Source of the DNA: Candidatus Tayloriibacteriota bacterium
GTDB lineage: Bacteria > Patescibacteriota > Minisyncoccia > Phycocordibacterales > PALSA-1337
NCBI GenBank assembly: GCA_903893855.1
Contig: CAITNV010000054.1
Location: forward strand, 32,562 to 96,561
Length of the DNA stretch: 64,000 nt
Direction: 5' to 3'
Shown one piece after another: positions 1 to 9,227 of the stretch (its first letter is position 1; each line of letters opens with the position of its first letter). Position numbers and translations under genes: made by a program. The notes beneath the pieces were generated by a model. The model searched no databases. It was not told the DNA's origin and saw only the letters and a list, made by a program, of their open reading frames with translations.

Positions 1-665
1 TAGAAGAGATACTCTACCCTGCTATGGAATCAGGCAAGCTTGATATTATTATCGGCAAAGGGCCATCTGCTCGAACAATACAGTTAGACCTTCCGCAATT
101 CACACTCATCGCCGCAACGACAAGAATTGCGATGATTTCTTCGCCATTGCGATCGCGCTTCTCTGGAGGAGTCTTTAAGCTTGAGTTTTATAGTGAGGAT
201 GAGATACGCGAGATCATCGAACGATCGGCAAAAATCCTCGATATCGATATTGATGCTGATGCAGCACAAGAAATCGCTCGCCGAAGCCGATTTACCCCAA
301 GAACTGCCAATTATTTCCTAAAAAGATGCAGAGATTTCGCTGAAGTTCATGAAGAAGTAGTAGGTAAATCACGCCTTACTAAAAAGAGCGTTGAGAGGGC
401 ACTTGAAATGCTCGGTGTAGATGTCTTGGGGCTTAATAATGCTGACCGAAGCATACTAAAAGTGATGATTGATAAATTTGGTGGTGGCCCAGTAGGCCTC
501 AATACCCTTGGTGCCGCCCTTTCAGAAGAACAAGCCACGATTGAAGACGTCTATGAGCCGTATCTGATTCAACTTGGCCTACTTGAGCGTACTCCACGCG
601 GTAGATCTGTGACGGAGAAGGCATACGCACATCTCGATATGAAAAATTCTGGAAAGTTGGTATAG
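1..665 (+). CDS. ruvB: Holliday junction DNA helicase RuvB, C-terminal part (5' end lies outside the window)
   Basis: The translation matches the RuvB C-terminal domain; the motifs LDxxIGxGPxARxIxLDLPxFTLxxATTR and [32 protein letters not shown] are present. The frame is open to the window edge. Confidence 0.9.
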   Translation, partial: EEILYPAMESGKLDIIIGKGPSARTIQLDLPQFTLIAATTRIAMISSPLRSRFSGGVFKLEFYSEDEIREIIERSAKILDIDIDADAAQEIARRSRFTPRTANYFLKRCRDFAEVHEEVVGKSRLTKKSVERALEMLGVDVLGLNNADRSILKVMIDKFGGGPVGLNTLGAALSEEQATIEDVYEPYLIQLGLLERTPRGRSVTEKAYAHLDMKNSGKLV

Positions 666-751
666 TGGGAATGTTACAGATAAATATTGAATAGTTAGTA
701 GGTGCGCACGCCTTCATCTGTATACACATTTAAAAAATAATATATAAAGCT

Positions 752-1282
752 ATGTCAGGACATAATAAATTTTCAAAAATTAAGCATCAGAAAGCGAAAA
801 CCGATGCACAAAAGAGCAAGGTTTTCGCAAAAATGGTGAAGCTTATCTCTGCCGAGGCAAAGAAAGCTGGTGGTAATCTACGATCCCCAGGACTTGCAAC
901 AGCAATTGAAAAGGCGAAAAAAGAAAACATGCCGAATGACACTATCGATCGTGCAGTAAAGAAGGCTACTTCCGATAATAGCGCAGCGATGGAAGCTATA
1001 ACATATGAGACATACGGTCCGGGGGGTGTTGCTATTGTTATTGATACCCTTACCGATAACCGCAACAAAGCGGCACAAGAGATAAAGCATATCCTTACGC
1101 TGCACGGTGCTGAACTCGCAGCTCCCGGTAGTGCGTCATGGGCATTTACCAAATCACACGAGGGCTGGGTAGCACAGACGACTATCCCTCTTGAAGATGC
1201 AGATATAGCCACGCTTGGCGCTCTTGTTGAAGCACTTGAAGAGAACGATGAAGTTCAAGACGTATTTACGAATGCAGAATAA
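752..1282 (+). CDS. yebC: YebC/PmpR family probable transcriptional regulator (short, 176-aa form)
   Basis: The N-terminus MSGHNKFSKIKHQKAKTDAQKSK and the C-terminus DEVQDVFTNAE match the YebC family. The gene sits between ruvB and ruvC, as is typical for YebC. Confidence 0.85.
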   Translation: MSGHNKFSKIKHQKAKTDAQKSKVFAKMVKLISAEAKKAGGNLRSPGLATAIEKAKKENMPNDTIDRAVKKATSDNSAAMEAITYETYGPGGVAIVIDTLTDNRNKAAQEIKHILTLHGAELAAPGSASWAFTKSHEGWVAQTTIPLEDADIATLGALVEALEENDEVQDVFTNAE

Positions 1283-1760
1283 AACAATAAAAATTCTTGG
1301 TATCGACCCTGGATATGGCAGATTAGGTATTGCAGTTATAGAAAAGAACGGCTCTCACAATAAAGAAACACTACTTCATTCCGAGTGTTTTACAACCGAA
1401 GGTGACATTTATGATAGATTGACGGAAATTGGCTCTCGTATTAAGGCCACTATCGAGCAATACAAACCTGATATCCTCGCAATGGAGACACTTTTTATAA
1501 CTAAAAATCAAAAAACTGCTATGCACGTCGCTGAAGTTCGTGGAATTATTGCGTACGAAGCGCGACTTCACGGTATGCCCATAACCGAATACTCCCCTCC
1601 CCAAATAAAAGCTGCTGTTACAGGAAATGGCGCTAGTGATAAGAGTTCTATTATAAAAATGGTTCCTTTGCTTATCAAAATCGATGCGACCACAAAGCGC
1701 CACGACGATGAATATGATGCGATAGCAGTGGCTCTTACATGCAGTGCACACCATAGGTAA
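1272..1760 (+). CDS. ruvC: Crossover junction endodeoxyribonuclease RuvC
   Basis: The ILGIDPGYGRLGIAVIE motif and a downstream acidic catalytic residue pattern match RuvC. The start was chosen at the internal Met MQNKTIKILG, which overlaps the yebC stop; the ORF track starts it at 1215. Confidence 0.85.
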   Translation: MQNKTIKILGIDPGYGRLGIAVIEKNGSHNKETLLHSECFTTEGDIYDRLTEIGSRIKATIEQYKPDILAMETLFITKNQKTAMHVAEVRGIIAYEARLHGMPITEYSPPQIKAAVTGNGASDKSSIIKMVPLLIKIDATTKRHDDEYDAIAVALTCSAHHR

Positions 1761-1857
1761 TAAATAAAAATGAAATGAATTAGTTTTCCACAGTTGTAAG
1801 GATTTGCAAAAAAAATTGCGTTTTGTTACAAATATGAAATCATAAAAAATATATAGT

Positions 1858-2031
1858 ATGCCAAAAACAAAAGCACTACCAAAAGAAGAAGAATTAGAGG
1901 ACGATGAACCAATAAAGGTCCCGGCTGGTGACATTGAGGAAGAAGAGCTCGGCAACGTCGAAGAATCAGAAGATGACGGCATGATGGATGCTGAGGACGT
2001 AAACCCATTTGGGGATCGCTGGGAAGAATAG
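1858..2031 (+). CDS. Small highly acidic hypothetical protein, about 57 aa (MPKTKALPKEEELEDDEPIKVPAGDIEEEELGNVEESEDDGMMDAEDVNPFGDRWEE)
   Basis: The ORF is below the 60-aa track cutoff. A TTGCAA..TATAGT promoter-like sequence lies directly upstream. It is antisense to the low-complexity 222-aa track ORF, which looks spurious. Confidence 0.3.
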   Translation: MPKTKALPKEEELEDDEPIKVPAGDIEEEELGNVEESEDDGMMDAEDVNPFGDRWEE

Positions 2032-2093
2032 TTCCGCATTTTTTATATAATTGCGGTGTCCAGCAAGGACTAAATATGATAGAATTTTAAAAT

Positions 2094-4715
2094 ATGTTCT
2101 CATCATATCGAAACTCTAAAAGATGGTGGCACGCTCTCGCAAAGAAACACTGGTATATACGACACCTAAAAGCTGCTGTATTATCAGTGTTTTCTGTTTT
2201 TTTTATCGCTGGGGGGATCTTTTCAATATGGATATCGAGACTTCAGCTACCTGATTTGAGTGCTTTTAATGCAATTCAAGTCCCTCAATCAACAAAAATA
2301 TACGATCGAACGGGCAAAGTTTTACTTTATGACATTCACGAGGATGTCAAAAGAACGGTTGTTCCACTAACCGCAATATCAACCGACATTCAGAATGCGA
2401 CGATTGCAGTAGAAGATAGTGATTTTTATACCAATATGGGGATAAAACCTCTCTCGATTCTTCGATCTGCAGTTGTAGACCTTTTTACTGGTAGTTATGA
2501 CCAAGGTGGTTCGACGATTACCCAGCAAGTTATAAAAAACTCCCTCCTCACACAAGACAAGACTATTAGCCGTAAGATTAAAGAGTGGGTATTAGCTGTT
2601 AAACTAGCCCGCGCAGTTCCAAAACCAGATGTATTAGCAACATATCTTAATGAGACAGGATATGGAGGTAATATTTATGGTGTAGAAGAAGCAACCAAAG
2701 TATTCTTTGGAAAAGATGCGAGCGATGTCGATCTTGCTGAAGCTGCGTATATTGCTGCTCTTCCCCAAGCTCCGAGCTTCTATTCTCCATATGGATCGAA
2801 CAAAGCTGGCCTCGACTCTCGGCAAAAGTTCGTACTCCAAAGAATGCTTGATAATAAATTCATAACCAAGGATCAATACACGAAGGCAATTGCAGAGACA
2901 GTGAATTTTCTTCCGAAAAACACTGGAACATTGCTCGCTCCTCATTTCTCAATGTATGTCCGTAATTATCTTGAAAGTAAATACGGCACCGACACAGTTA
3001 TAAACGGTGGTTTACGAGTAACGACCTCACTTGATTACGATCTCCAACAGAAAATGGAACAGGTTGTGGCGAACTTCTCTCCACAAATTAAATCACAGTT
3101 CGGGGCTACGAATATGGCTATGGTAGCAATCGATCCTACAACAGGCGACATTTTAGCTATGGTTGGATCTGAGAATTATTACCACACACTGAATTCTGGT
3201 AATTTTAATGCGGCGACGGCATATAGACAACCAGGGTCTACCTTTAAGCCTTTTGTATATGCAACTTTATTCGAGAAGGGATACACACCGGACACTGTAC
3301 TTTTTGATACAAAAACAGAATTTTCAACTCTATGTACTGTCGACGGAAAACCAAAAGACCCCTACGCTTCAAGCACTGCCTGCTATTCACCAGTTGAATA
3401 TGATAATAATTACGAAGGTCCTCTATCGATTCGTACGGCTCTAGCCCAATCAAGGAATGTTCCCGCAGTTAAAGCCCTGTATCTCGCAGGTATTGCTGAC
3501 TCAATAAAAACCGCTCAAGATATGGGAATCACGAGCCTCTCTGATTCGAATCGTTATGGTTTAACACTCGTGCTTGGAGGTGGAGAAGTTTCATTGCTTC
3601 AACTAACAAGTGCTTATGGAGTATTTGCGGATGATGGAGTACGAAATGCATACCGATCTGTAATGGAAGTAGATGATAGCTCAGGAAATACACTTGAGAA
3701 ATCAAGCCTGTCTCCAGTTCAAGTAATGCCAATTCAACCTGTACGACAGATTAACAGCATTCTTTCGGATTCGTCTACCGGAGTAAGAATGTCGAGTATT
3801 ACCTCGGTCACCTCTCCGCTTGGACGAACAGTCGCTATTAAAACAGGTACTACCAACGACTATCGTGATGTGTGGGCGGTTGGATATACTCCTAACCTTG
3901 TTGTAGGTGCTTGGGCTGGTAACAATGATGACACACCACTCAATCACAACATCGCTAGCCTTGTTATTACTCCAGTATGGGGAGCATTTATGTCTTTGGC
4001 ACTACCTTCATTCCCCGTACAAAACTTCAAGGTTCCAGACCCTGTGTCTCCAAATTTAAAGCCAGTATTGCGAGGAGTTTGGAAAGGTGGAACTTCTTAC
4101 AAGATAGACAGCTTGTCGGGCAAATTAGCGACAGAATATACTCCACCTTCATTAACTCAAGAGGTAGTACAAAACAATGTCGACAGTATACTTCAATGGG
4201 TTGATAAGAGTAATCCAACAGGACCAATTCCTCTTAATCCAACTGATCCACAGTATCCATATTGGCAATATGGCGTTAGAGATTGGTATACCAATGTATT
4301 TTTACCTGCAAACCCCGGATTTAAAGAAGTCGGAACATCGACAGTAATAAGTGCCCTTATGGCCTCAACGACACTCATTTTACCAGGGATGCCTACGAGC
4401 TATGATGATATTCATGTGCCTGCAAACTTTCCTCAAGTCACTATTACCTACCCCGCATCTAATACAGCTATCGCAGCAAATCAAAAAACGACTGTAGTCT
4501 TTACTGAATCTGGAAAATTTCCGGTACAAAAAACTGATTTATTCATTAACGATCGTTATATCCAGAGCAACATAGGCACACTCAATCAATTCACATTCGT
4601 TCCAAAAGATATTGAGGGGGTAACAATAAACGGAACAAATACCATCAAGCTTGTTGTGTACGACAATATCCTCAATCAAAATTCAACATCTACTGATTTT
4701 ATTGTAAATCAATAA
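2094..4715 (+). CDS. Class A penicillin-binding protein (glycosyltransferase plus transpeptidase, PBP1A family) with a long C-terminal extension
   Basis: There is an N-terminal TM anchor. GT51 motifs EDxxFYxxxGI and GGSTITQQ are present, followed by a transpeptidase-like region. The protein is 873 aa. Confidence 0.9.
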   Translation: MFSSYRNSKRWWHALAKKHWYIRHLKAAVLSVFSVFFIAGGIFSIWISRLQLPDLSAFNAIQVPQSTKIYDRTGKVLLYDIHEDVKRTVVPLTAISTDIQNATIAVEDSDFYTNMGIKPLSILRSAVVDLFTGSYDQGGSTITQQVIKNSLLTQDKTISRKIKEWVLAVKLARAVPKPDVLATYLNETGYGGNIYGVEEATKVFFGKDASDVDLAEAAYIAALPQAPSFYSPYGSNKAGLDSRQKFVLQRMLDNKFITKDQYTKAIAETVNFLPKNTGTLLAPHFSMYVRNYLESKYGTDTVINGGLRVTTSLDYDLQQKMEQVVANFSPQIKSQFGATNMAMVAIDPTTGDILAMVGSENYYHTLNSGNFNAATAYRQPGSTFKPFVYATLFEKGYTPDTVLFDTKTEFSTLCTVDGKPKDPYASSTACYSPVEYDNNYEGPLSIRTALAQSRNVPAVKALYLAGIADSIKTAQDMGITSLSDSNRYGLTLVLGGGEVSLLQLTSAYGVFADDGVRNAYRSVMEVDDSSGNTLEKSSLSPVQVMPIQPVRQINSILSDSSTGVRMSSITSVTSPLGRTVAIKTGTTNDYRDVWAVGYTPNLVVGAWAGNNDDTPLNHNIASLVITPVWGAFMSLALPSFPVQNFKVPDPVSPNLKPVLRGVWKGGTSYKIDSLSGKLATEYTPPSLTQEVVQNNVDSILQWVDKSNPTGPIPLNPTDPQYPYWQYGVRDWYTNVFLPANPGFKEVGTSTVISALMASTTLILPGMPTSYDDIHVPANFPQVTITYPASNTAIAANQKTTVVFTESGKFPVQKTDLFINDRYIQSNIGTLNQFTFVPKDIEGVTINGTNTIKLVVYDNILNQNSTSTDFIVNQ

Positions 4716-4974
4716 TAGTCAAACTAGGATTTTTATCTTTAATAGCTTTTAGAATCGAGGTTTTCTTCATGAAAATCTCGTTTTTAAATATGGCACTGAC
4801 ACGAATTCTAATTATCTTATTTTTTAACTCGACGTCTTTTAGCTCTATTTTAATTGCTTTGGCAATTTGAGGGTTGATATTTGCAAACACAGCATCAATG
4901 ACGCTTTGACGCAATAGCATCTCTTTGAGTGTAGCATTCTTAAATTTCTCAAAAAATGAACCGATATTTAACAT
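4699..4974 (-). CDS. DUF721/DciA-like small protein downstream of dnaN
   Basis: This 91-aa ORF sits immediately 3' of dnaN on the same strand. Its pattern IAKAIKIELKDVELKNKIIRIRVSAIFKNEIFMKKTSILKAI resembles the DUF721 consensus. Its position in the dnaA-dnaN neighbourhood also fits. Confidence 0.45.
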   Translation of the reverse strand: MLNIGSFFEKFKNATLKEMLLRQSVIDAVFANINPQIAKAIKIELKDVELKNKIIRIRVSAIFKNEIFMKKTSILKAIKDKNPSLTIIDLQ

Positions 4975-4993
4975 ATGTGTCTCTATAATGCGA

Positions 4994-6100
4994 TTAGCGG
5001 TTCATCGGCATCACAAGGTAGGTAAAGCTCGTATCCCCCACTGGGCGTATCACCATTGGACGATTAAGACCGGCCAGACTAAGGCTGAGACTATCAGCGT
5101 CGATAGATTGGAAACAATCTGAGATGTAGCGATAATTAAAGTTGATTTCTACGTCCTCACCAGTAAGAGCGGCGTCTACTTTGTATACAGTCTCTCCGAC
5201 ATCTTTATTTTTGGTCTTAATTTCGAAAATATTATCTTTCGGGTTTATCTTGATATTAACTTGGTTAAATTTATCTGAGAAAATATGTGAAATCTTCAAT
5301 GCATTCATAAGATCCTGCTTTAGAATAATTGCTTCGGTTTTTGTCTCTTTTGGAATAATTTGGCGATAATCAGGGAATGTTCCATCGATCACCCTCGAAA
5401 CGAGGTAAAAGTTTTTATGGATGAATGCGATCTGATTCTTATTAAGCTCAACTGTAACGTCTTCTGTTACACCCTCCAAAATTCGCATTATTTCAGGAAC
5501 ATTCTTAAAAGGTATCAAAATCTGGCCAAAATCATTGTCTTTTTGGAGTTTTACTTTCTTCTCTGCAAGTCGGAATGAGTCTGTGGCCGCGAAAGTAGCA
5601 AAATTATCGCTGTAATATATATAAACACTTGATAATTCAGGCTTAACATCTGAAATTGACGATGAATACCATACGGCTTTTAGACCCTTAATGAAGTCTG
5701 CTGCATTTATAGTAAAGGACTGCCCATCCTGAACGCGAGGAATATTAGGGAATTCCTCATGGGGCATAGTTTTAATGACACTACTGATAGCTGTAGTTTT
5801 AATAACAACATTCTGATCTTGGCTTACAATCGCGATGTTTTTATCATTTGATTTGATACCAGAAACAAAAGAACTGATGATACCTGCTGGAATTGCCGCA
5901 AAACCTTCTTCTTCTACTTTGGCAGGGATAATTACTTCAACACCGAGGTTGAGGTTGGTAGCTTTGATAACAAGAGTGTTATTCTTCTTTGCTTCGAAAA
6001 GTAAACAAGAAAGAACCGGCAGAGTAATATGCTTTCCGGCGATTTTTTCTGCTCGATGAATTCCATCAATTAATTTTTCTTGTATGCATTCTATTTTCAT
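4994..6100 (-). CDS. dnaN: DNA polymerase III beta sliding clamp
   Basis: The 368-aa protein has an N-terminus MKIECIQEKLIDGI...LPVLSCLLFEA typical of DnaN. It lies directly downstream of dnaA. Confidence 0.93.
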   Translation of the reverse strand: MKIECIQEKLIDGIHRAEKIAGKHITLPVLSCLLFEAKKNNTLVIKATNLNLGVEVIIPAKVEEEGFAAIPAGIISSFVSGIKSNDKNIAIVSQDQNVVIKTTAISSVIKTMPHEEFPNIPRVQDGQSFTINAADFIKGLKAVWYSSSISDVKPELSSVYIYYSDNFATFAATDSFRLAEKKVKLQKDNDFGQILIPFKNVPEIMRILEGVTEDVTVELNKNQIAFIHKNFYLVSRVIDGTFPDYRQIIPKETKTEAIILKQDLMNALKISHIFSDKFNQVNIKINPKDNIFEIKTKNKDVGETVYKVDAALTGEDVEINFNYRYISDCFQSIDADSLSLSLAGLNRPMVIRPVGDTSFTYLVMPMNR

Positions 6101-6341
6101 TTTATTTAATAGATTATTACTATTAGTCCTGTGGATATGGGGATAGATTTTTATTACCCATACATCGCTTCATATTTTACCTATTAGGATTTCCACAACC
6201 TGTGAATAAAATCTGTATAAAAAAATAATATATTTTTTTATAAAAAATTACCCACAAACCGCCAACACTCTTTGAACAACCTATAAACAATCTTTCAACA
6301 AGCTCCCCACAAGCTATCCACAGTCTTATCCACACCTTAAA
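6101..6341. other. Putative oriC: DnaA-box cluster plus an AT-rich putative DNA-unwinding element in the dnaA-dnaN intergenic region
   Basis: A perfect TTATCCACA lies at 6326-6334. Near-consensus boxes lie at 6314-6322 (cTATCCACA), 6248-6256 (TTAcCCACA) and 6130-6138 (reverse-complement aTATCCACA), with TTTCCACAA at 6190-6198. A nearly pure A/T run lies at about 6218-6250. Confidence 0.6.
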
Positions 6342-7688
6342 TCAAATCAAAGCGCGGATTTGAGAAAGCTCTTCGGAGAGAATAGGGTTAGATTTTAGAT
6401 CTTCTTTGATCTTTTCACATGAGTGAATGACGGTTGTGTGGTCACGACCACCAAGCTTCTCCCCTATTGATGGGAATGAGATGTTGAAATCCTCACGAAG
6501 GATATACATTATCACCTGTCGAGGTTTAACCACTTCTTTTTTGCGAGTTTTGTCGTAAACGCTATCCTCACTGACATTATAGAAGCTTGCGATTGCGCGA
6601 ATAACGTCCTTCACTGGAGTGTTTTTCTTTGGTTTTGCATTGTTTTTAACCAAATTCTTTATTTCAAGAATGCTCAAGTTTTTTTCTTTTAACTGAGTCT
6701 GGCAAACAATAGTATTAACTACCCCTTCTATCTCACGAATGCTTCCTTCGATGTTTTTCGCAAGATAATCAATAGTCTCTTCGGTCATTTCAATATTTGC
6801 ACTTCGCATTTTAGCCTTAAATATAGCCATTCTAGACTCGTGGTCGGGAGATGGAATGTCTACGATCATACCAGAATTAAAACGGGTCTTAAGTCGATCT
6901 TCGAGTTCATTAATGAAGTTGGGGTGTTTGTCAGCCGAGAAGACAAGCTGTCTGTTGGAATTAACGAAAGTGTTGAATAGATGAAAGAGTTCTTCTTGGA
7001 ATTTCTCTTTGCTTCCGAAGAACTGAATGTCATCCATAATGATCACGTCATATTTTCGATACTTTTCTTTGAACTTCTGTGCAGTATTCGACTGTAAAGA
7101 TGAGAAATATTCAGAACCAAAACGTTCAGATGTAAGGTAAAAGACCTTTTTATCAGGATATTCCTTCTTTATCTGGTTCCCTACTGCTTGGATGAGATGT
7201 GTCTTTCCTCTACCTGAGTCACCATATATAAATAGCGGGTTATATGACATGCCAGGGGCTTTAGATACGGCAAGCGAAGCTGCGTGAGCGAGTTCATTGA
7301 ATGGTCCTACGATGAAGTTTTCGAATGAATAGCGAGGGTTTAGATTGTCATCCTTGTTAATATAGTAATTCTCAAGAGGCATTGATATGGTGGGAGCTGG
7401 ATCCTTCTTCCTCTTCTCATCATTTTTACGTTTATCGTCTTCTTTGACGATGGTATACTCAAGGGCTCGAATGTGTTCATTAAGCTTACGTAGGGCGCGT
7501 AGCGTCTCATTGTGGAACTTACTTGAAAGCCAGTCATAAGCAAACGGGCTAGGCACACCAAGGTGTACTACTCCCTCGTCTATCTTAATAATGTGTGTGC
7601 CCTTAAACCACGTAGAAAAATTGGTTTTAGAAGTCGAATGTTCGACTTCAGCAAGCACACCTTCCCATAAATTCGAGTAATCATTCAT
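6342..7688 (-). CDS. dnaA: Chromosomal replication initiator protein DnaA
   Basis: The 448-aa protein carries the AAA+ Walker A motif GDSGRGKTHL. Its C-terminal DNA-binding domain ends IRALI. dnaN follows immediately. Confidence 0.95.
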   Translation of the reverse strand: MNDYSNLWEGVLAEVEHSTSKTNFSTWFKGTHIIKIDEGVVHLGVPSPFAYDWLSSKFHNETLRALRKLNEHIRALEYTIVKEDDKRKNDEKRKKDPAPTISMPLENYYINKDDNLNPRYSFENFIVGPFNELAHAASLAVSKAPGMSYNPLFIYGDSGRGKTHLIQAVGNQIKKEYPDKKVFYLTSERFGSEYFSSLQSNTAQKFKEKYRKYDVIIMDDIQFFGSKEKFQEELFHLFNTFVNSNRQLVFSADKHPNFINELEDRLKTRFNSGMIVDIPSPDHESRMAIFKAKMRSANIEMTEETIDYLAKNIEGSIREIEGVVNTIVCQTQLKEKNLSILEIKNLVKNNAKPKKNTPVKDVIRAIASFYNVSEDSVYDKTRKKEVVKPRQVIMYILREDFNISFPSIGEKLGGRDHTTVIHSCEKIKEDLKSNPILSEELSQIRALI

Positions 7689-7854
7689 AGATAAATAATT
7701 TATAAAACAATTATATACCTGTTTATAAATTTAAAAACTTGTGGAAACAAAATTATCATGTTGATAAGGTGTTTATAAGTGAAAAATAATATCCTAACAG
7801 TATTCGGCAGTATTTGTTGCAGAAATGTTGTAATTAAGATATAGTTGTTCCACT
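7689..7854. promoter_or_regulatory. AT-rich dnaA upstream / rpmH upstream region with degenerate DnaA boxes
   Basis: TGTGGAAAC at about 7740-7748 is the reverse complement of a TTTCCACA core. TGTTGATAA at about 7759-7767 is the reverse complement of TTATCAACA. The region is very AT-rich and carries the divergent promoters for dnaA and rpmH. Confidence 0.4.
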
Positions 7855-7989
7855 ATGTCATTTACATACAATCCTAAGAAAAGAAAGCGCGCAAAGTCAC
7901 ACGGTTTTTTGGTCCGAAAGAAGACGACAGCTGGACGAAATGTCCTTAAGCGTCGCCGAGCTAAGGGTCGTAAGAAACTGTCAGTTTAA
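7855..7989 (+). CDS. rpmH: 50S ribosomal protein L34
   Basis: The 44-aa translation [44 protein letters not shown] is the conserved L34 sequence. It is too short for the ORF track. rnpA follows. Confidence 0.9.
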   Translation: MSFTYNPKKRKRAKSHGFLVRKKTTAGRNVLKRRRAKGRKKLSV

Positions 7990-8026
7990 GCCGTATTTTA
8001 AGGTTTTTGTCCTATAAAATTATTAT

Positions 8027-8386
8027 ATGATTCCAAAAGATAGGAGATTAACTACTAAGCTATTGGATGAAGTAATCAAAACAGGGAGACTATTTCAGTC
8101 CCCTGTTTTGTCCTTGAGGGCTAGTAAGGTCACGTCGGGCAAAACCCGCTTTTCCACAGTTGCTTCAAAGAAGCATTTTAAGACCGCAGTTGAGAGAAAT
8201 AAAATACGCCGACGTCTTTATGTAGCTATCACTCCCCTATTGCCGGTTGTCGATAAAGAGTCTATAGACAATAACCGAACCTTCCACTGTATGATTGTAG
8301 CGAAACCTCAAGTGTTACGGCTTACTAAGGACGAGCTCGCAAAAGCCGTACAAGATATATTATTCGAATCTCGTATCCTGCAATAG
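8027..8386 (+). CDS. rnpA: Ribonuclease P protein component
   Basis: This basic 119-aa protein sits in the conserved rpmH-rnpA-yidC synteny. Confidence 0.8.
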   Translation: MIPKDRRLTTKLLDEVIKTGRLFQSPVLSLRASKVTSGKTRFSTVASKKHFKTAVERNKIRRRLYVAITPLLPVVDKESIDNNRTFHCMIVAKPQVLRLTKDELAKAVQDILFESRILQ

Positions 8387-8432
8387 TTTTATGCACGCTT
8401 GTTAATATTACCCGATAAAGTAAAATAGAGTT

Positions 8433-9206
8433 ATGTTTTCATATTTATACACAACATTTATCTTCGCTCCTCTTTATAACGGTCTAATTGCGCTTTTTGA
8501 TACGATTCCTTGGATTGATGCGGGTATAGCGGTGATACTCTTTACGATAATCGTTCGCCTTATCCTCTTCCCTCTTTCAAAAAGAGCTATTATCGCCCAA
8601 GTTAAGATGCGAGAACTTCAACCTGAGCTCGATAGAATCAAGATCGATTACAAAGACGATCGACAGAAGCAAGGCACGATGATGATGGAAATGTATAAAG
8701 AGAAAGGAATCCATCCTTTTTCGAGCGTTTTGTTGCTTTTTATTCAGTTGCCTATTATTTATGCTCTATATGGAGTATTTATTCATTCAGGCCTCCCTGT
8801 CGTAGATCACACACTTCTTTATTCTTTTATCAGTACACCGGTTATCAACATCCACTTCTTTGGCCTTTTTGATATTACAAAGCCAAGCCTCATTCTTTCT
8901 CTCGGTGCAGCAGTTGCTCAGTACCTACAGCTTGAATTTTCATTGAATGCGATGAAGTCTTCTGCTCCTGCGGCCAAGAATGGTGTTAAATCACAAGCAG
9001 ATATGGCTCAAAGTATGACCAATCAGATGAAATACATATTTCCAGTTGTTATTTTCTTCATCTCATATCGCCTTTCAGGAGTACTCTCACTGTATTGGAT
9101 TACAACAAACCTCTTCACGCTTGTTCAGGAGCTCGTAGTTCGCAAGAAATTAGCTCATAAGAAGACTCACGATGGACGGCCAGCGGTTCCACCAATTAGC
9201 ATTTAA
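8433..9206 (+). CDS. yidC: Membrane protein insertase YidC (short form)
   Basis: The 257-aa protein has multiple TM segments. It sits downstream of rnpA, and the conserved core resembles YidC/Oxa1. Confidence 0.85.
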   Translation: MFSYLYTTFIFAPLYNGLIALFDTIPWIDAGIAVILFTIIVRLILFPLSKRAIIAQVKMRELQPELDRIKIDYKDDRQKQGTMMMEMYKEKGIHPFSSVLLLFIQLPIIYALYGVFIHSGLPVVDHTLLYSFISTPVINIHFFGLFDITKPSLILSLGAAVAQYLQLEFSLNAMKSSAPAAKNGVKSQADMAQSMTNQMKYIFPVVIFFISYRLSGVLSLYWITTNLFTLVQELVVRKKLAHKKTHDGRPAVPPISI

Positions 9207-9227
9207 TACTATATAGAAGGGTGAAAA

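Noticed and set aside
1371-2039. 222-aa minus-strand ORF, Ser-rich and low-complexity
   Set aside because: It is antisense to ruvC and to the small acidic ORF. Its composition is extreme low-complexity poly-Ser with no motifs. It is most likely a spurious frame.
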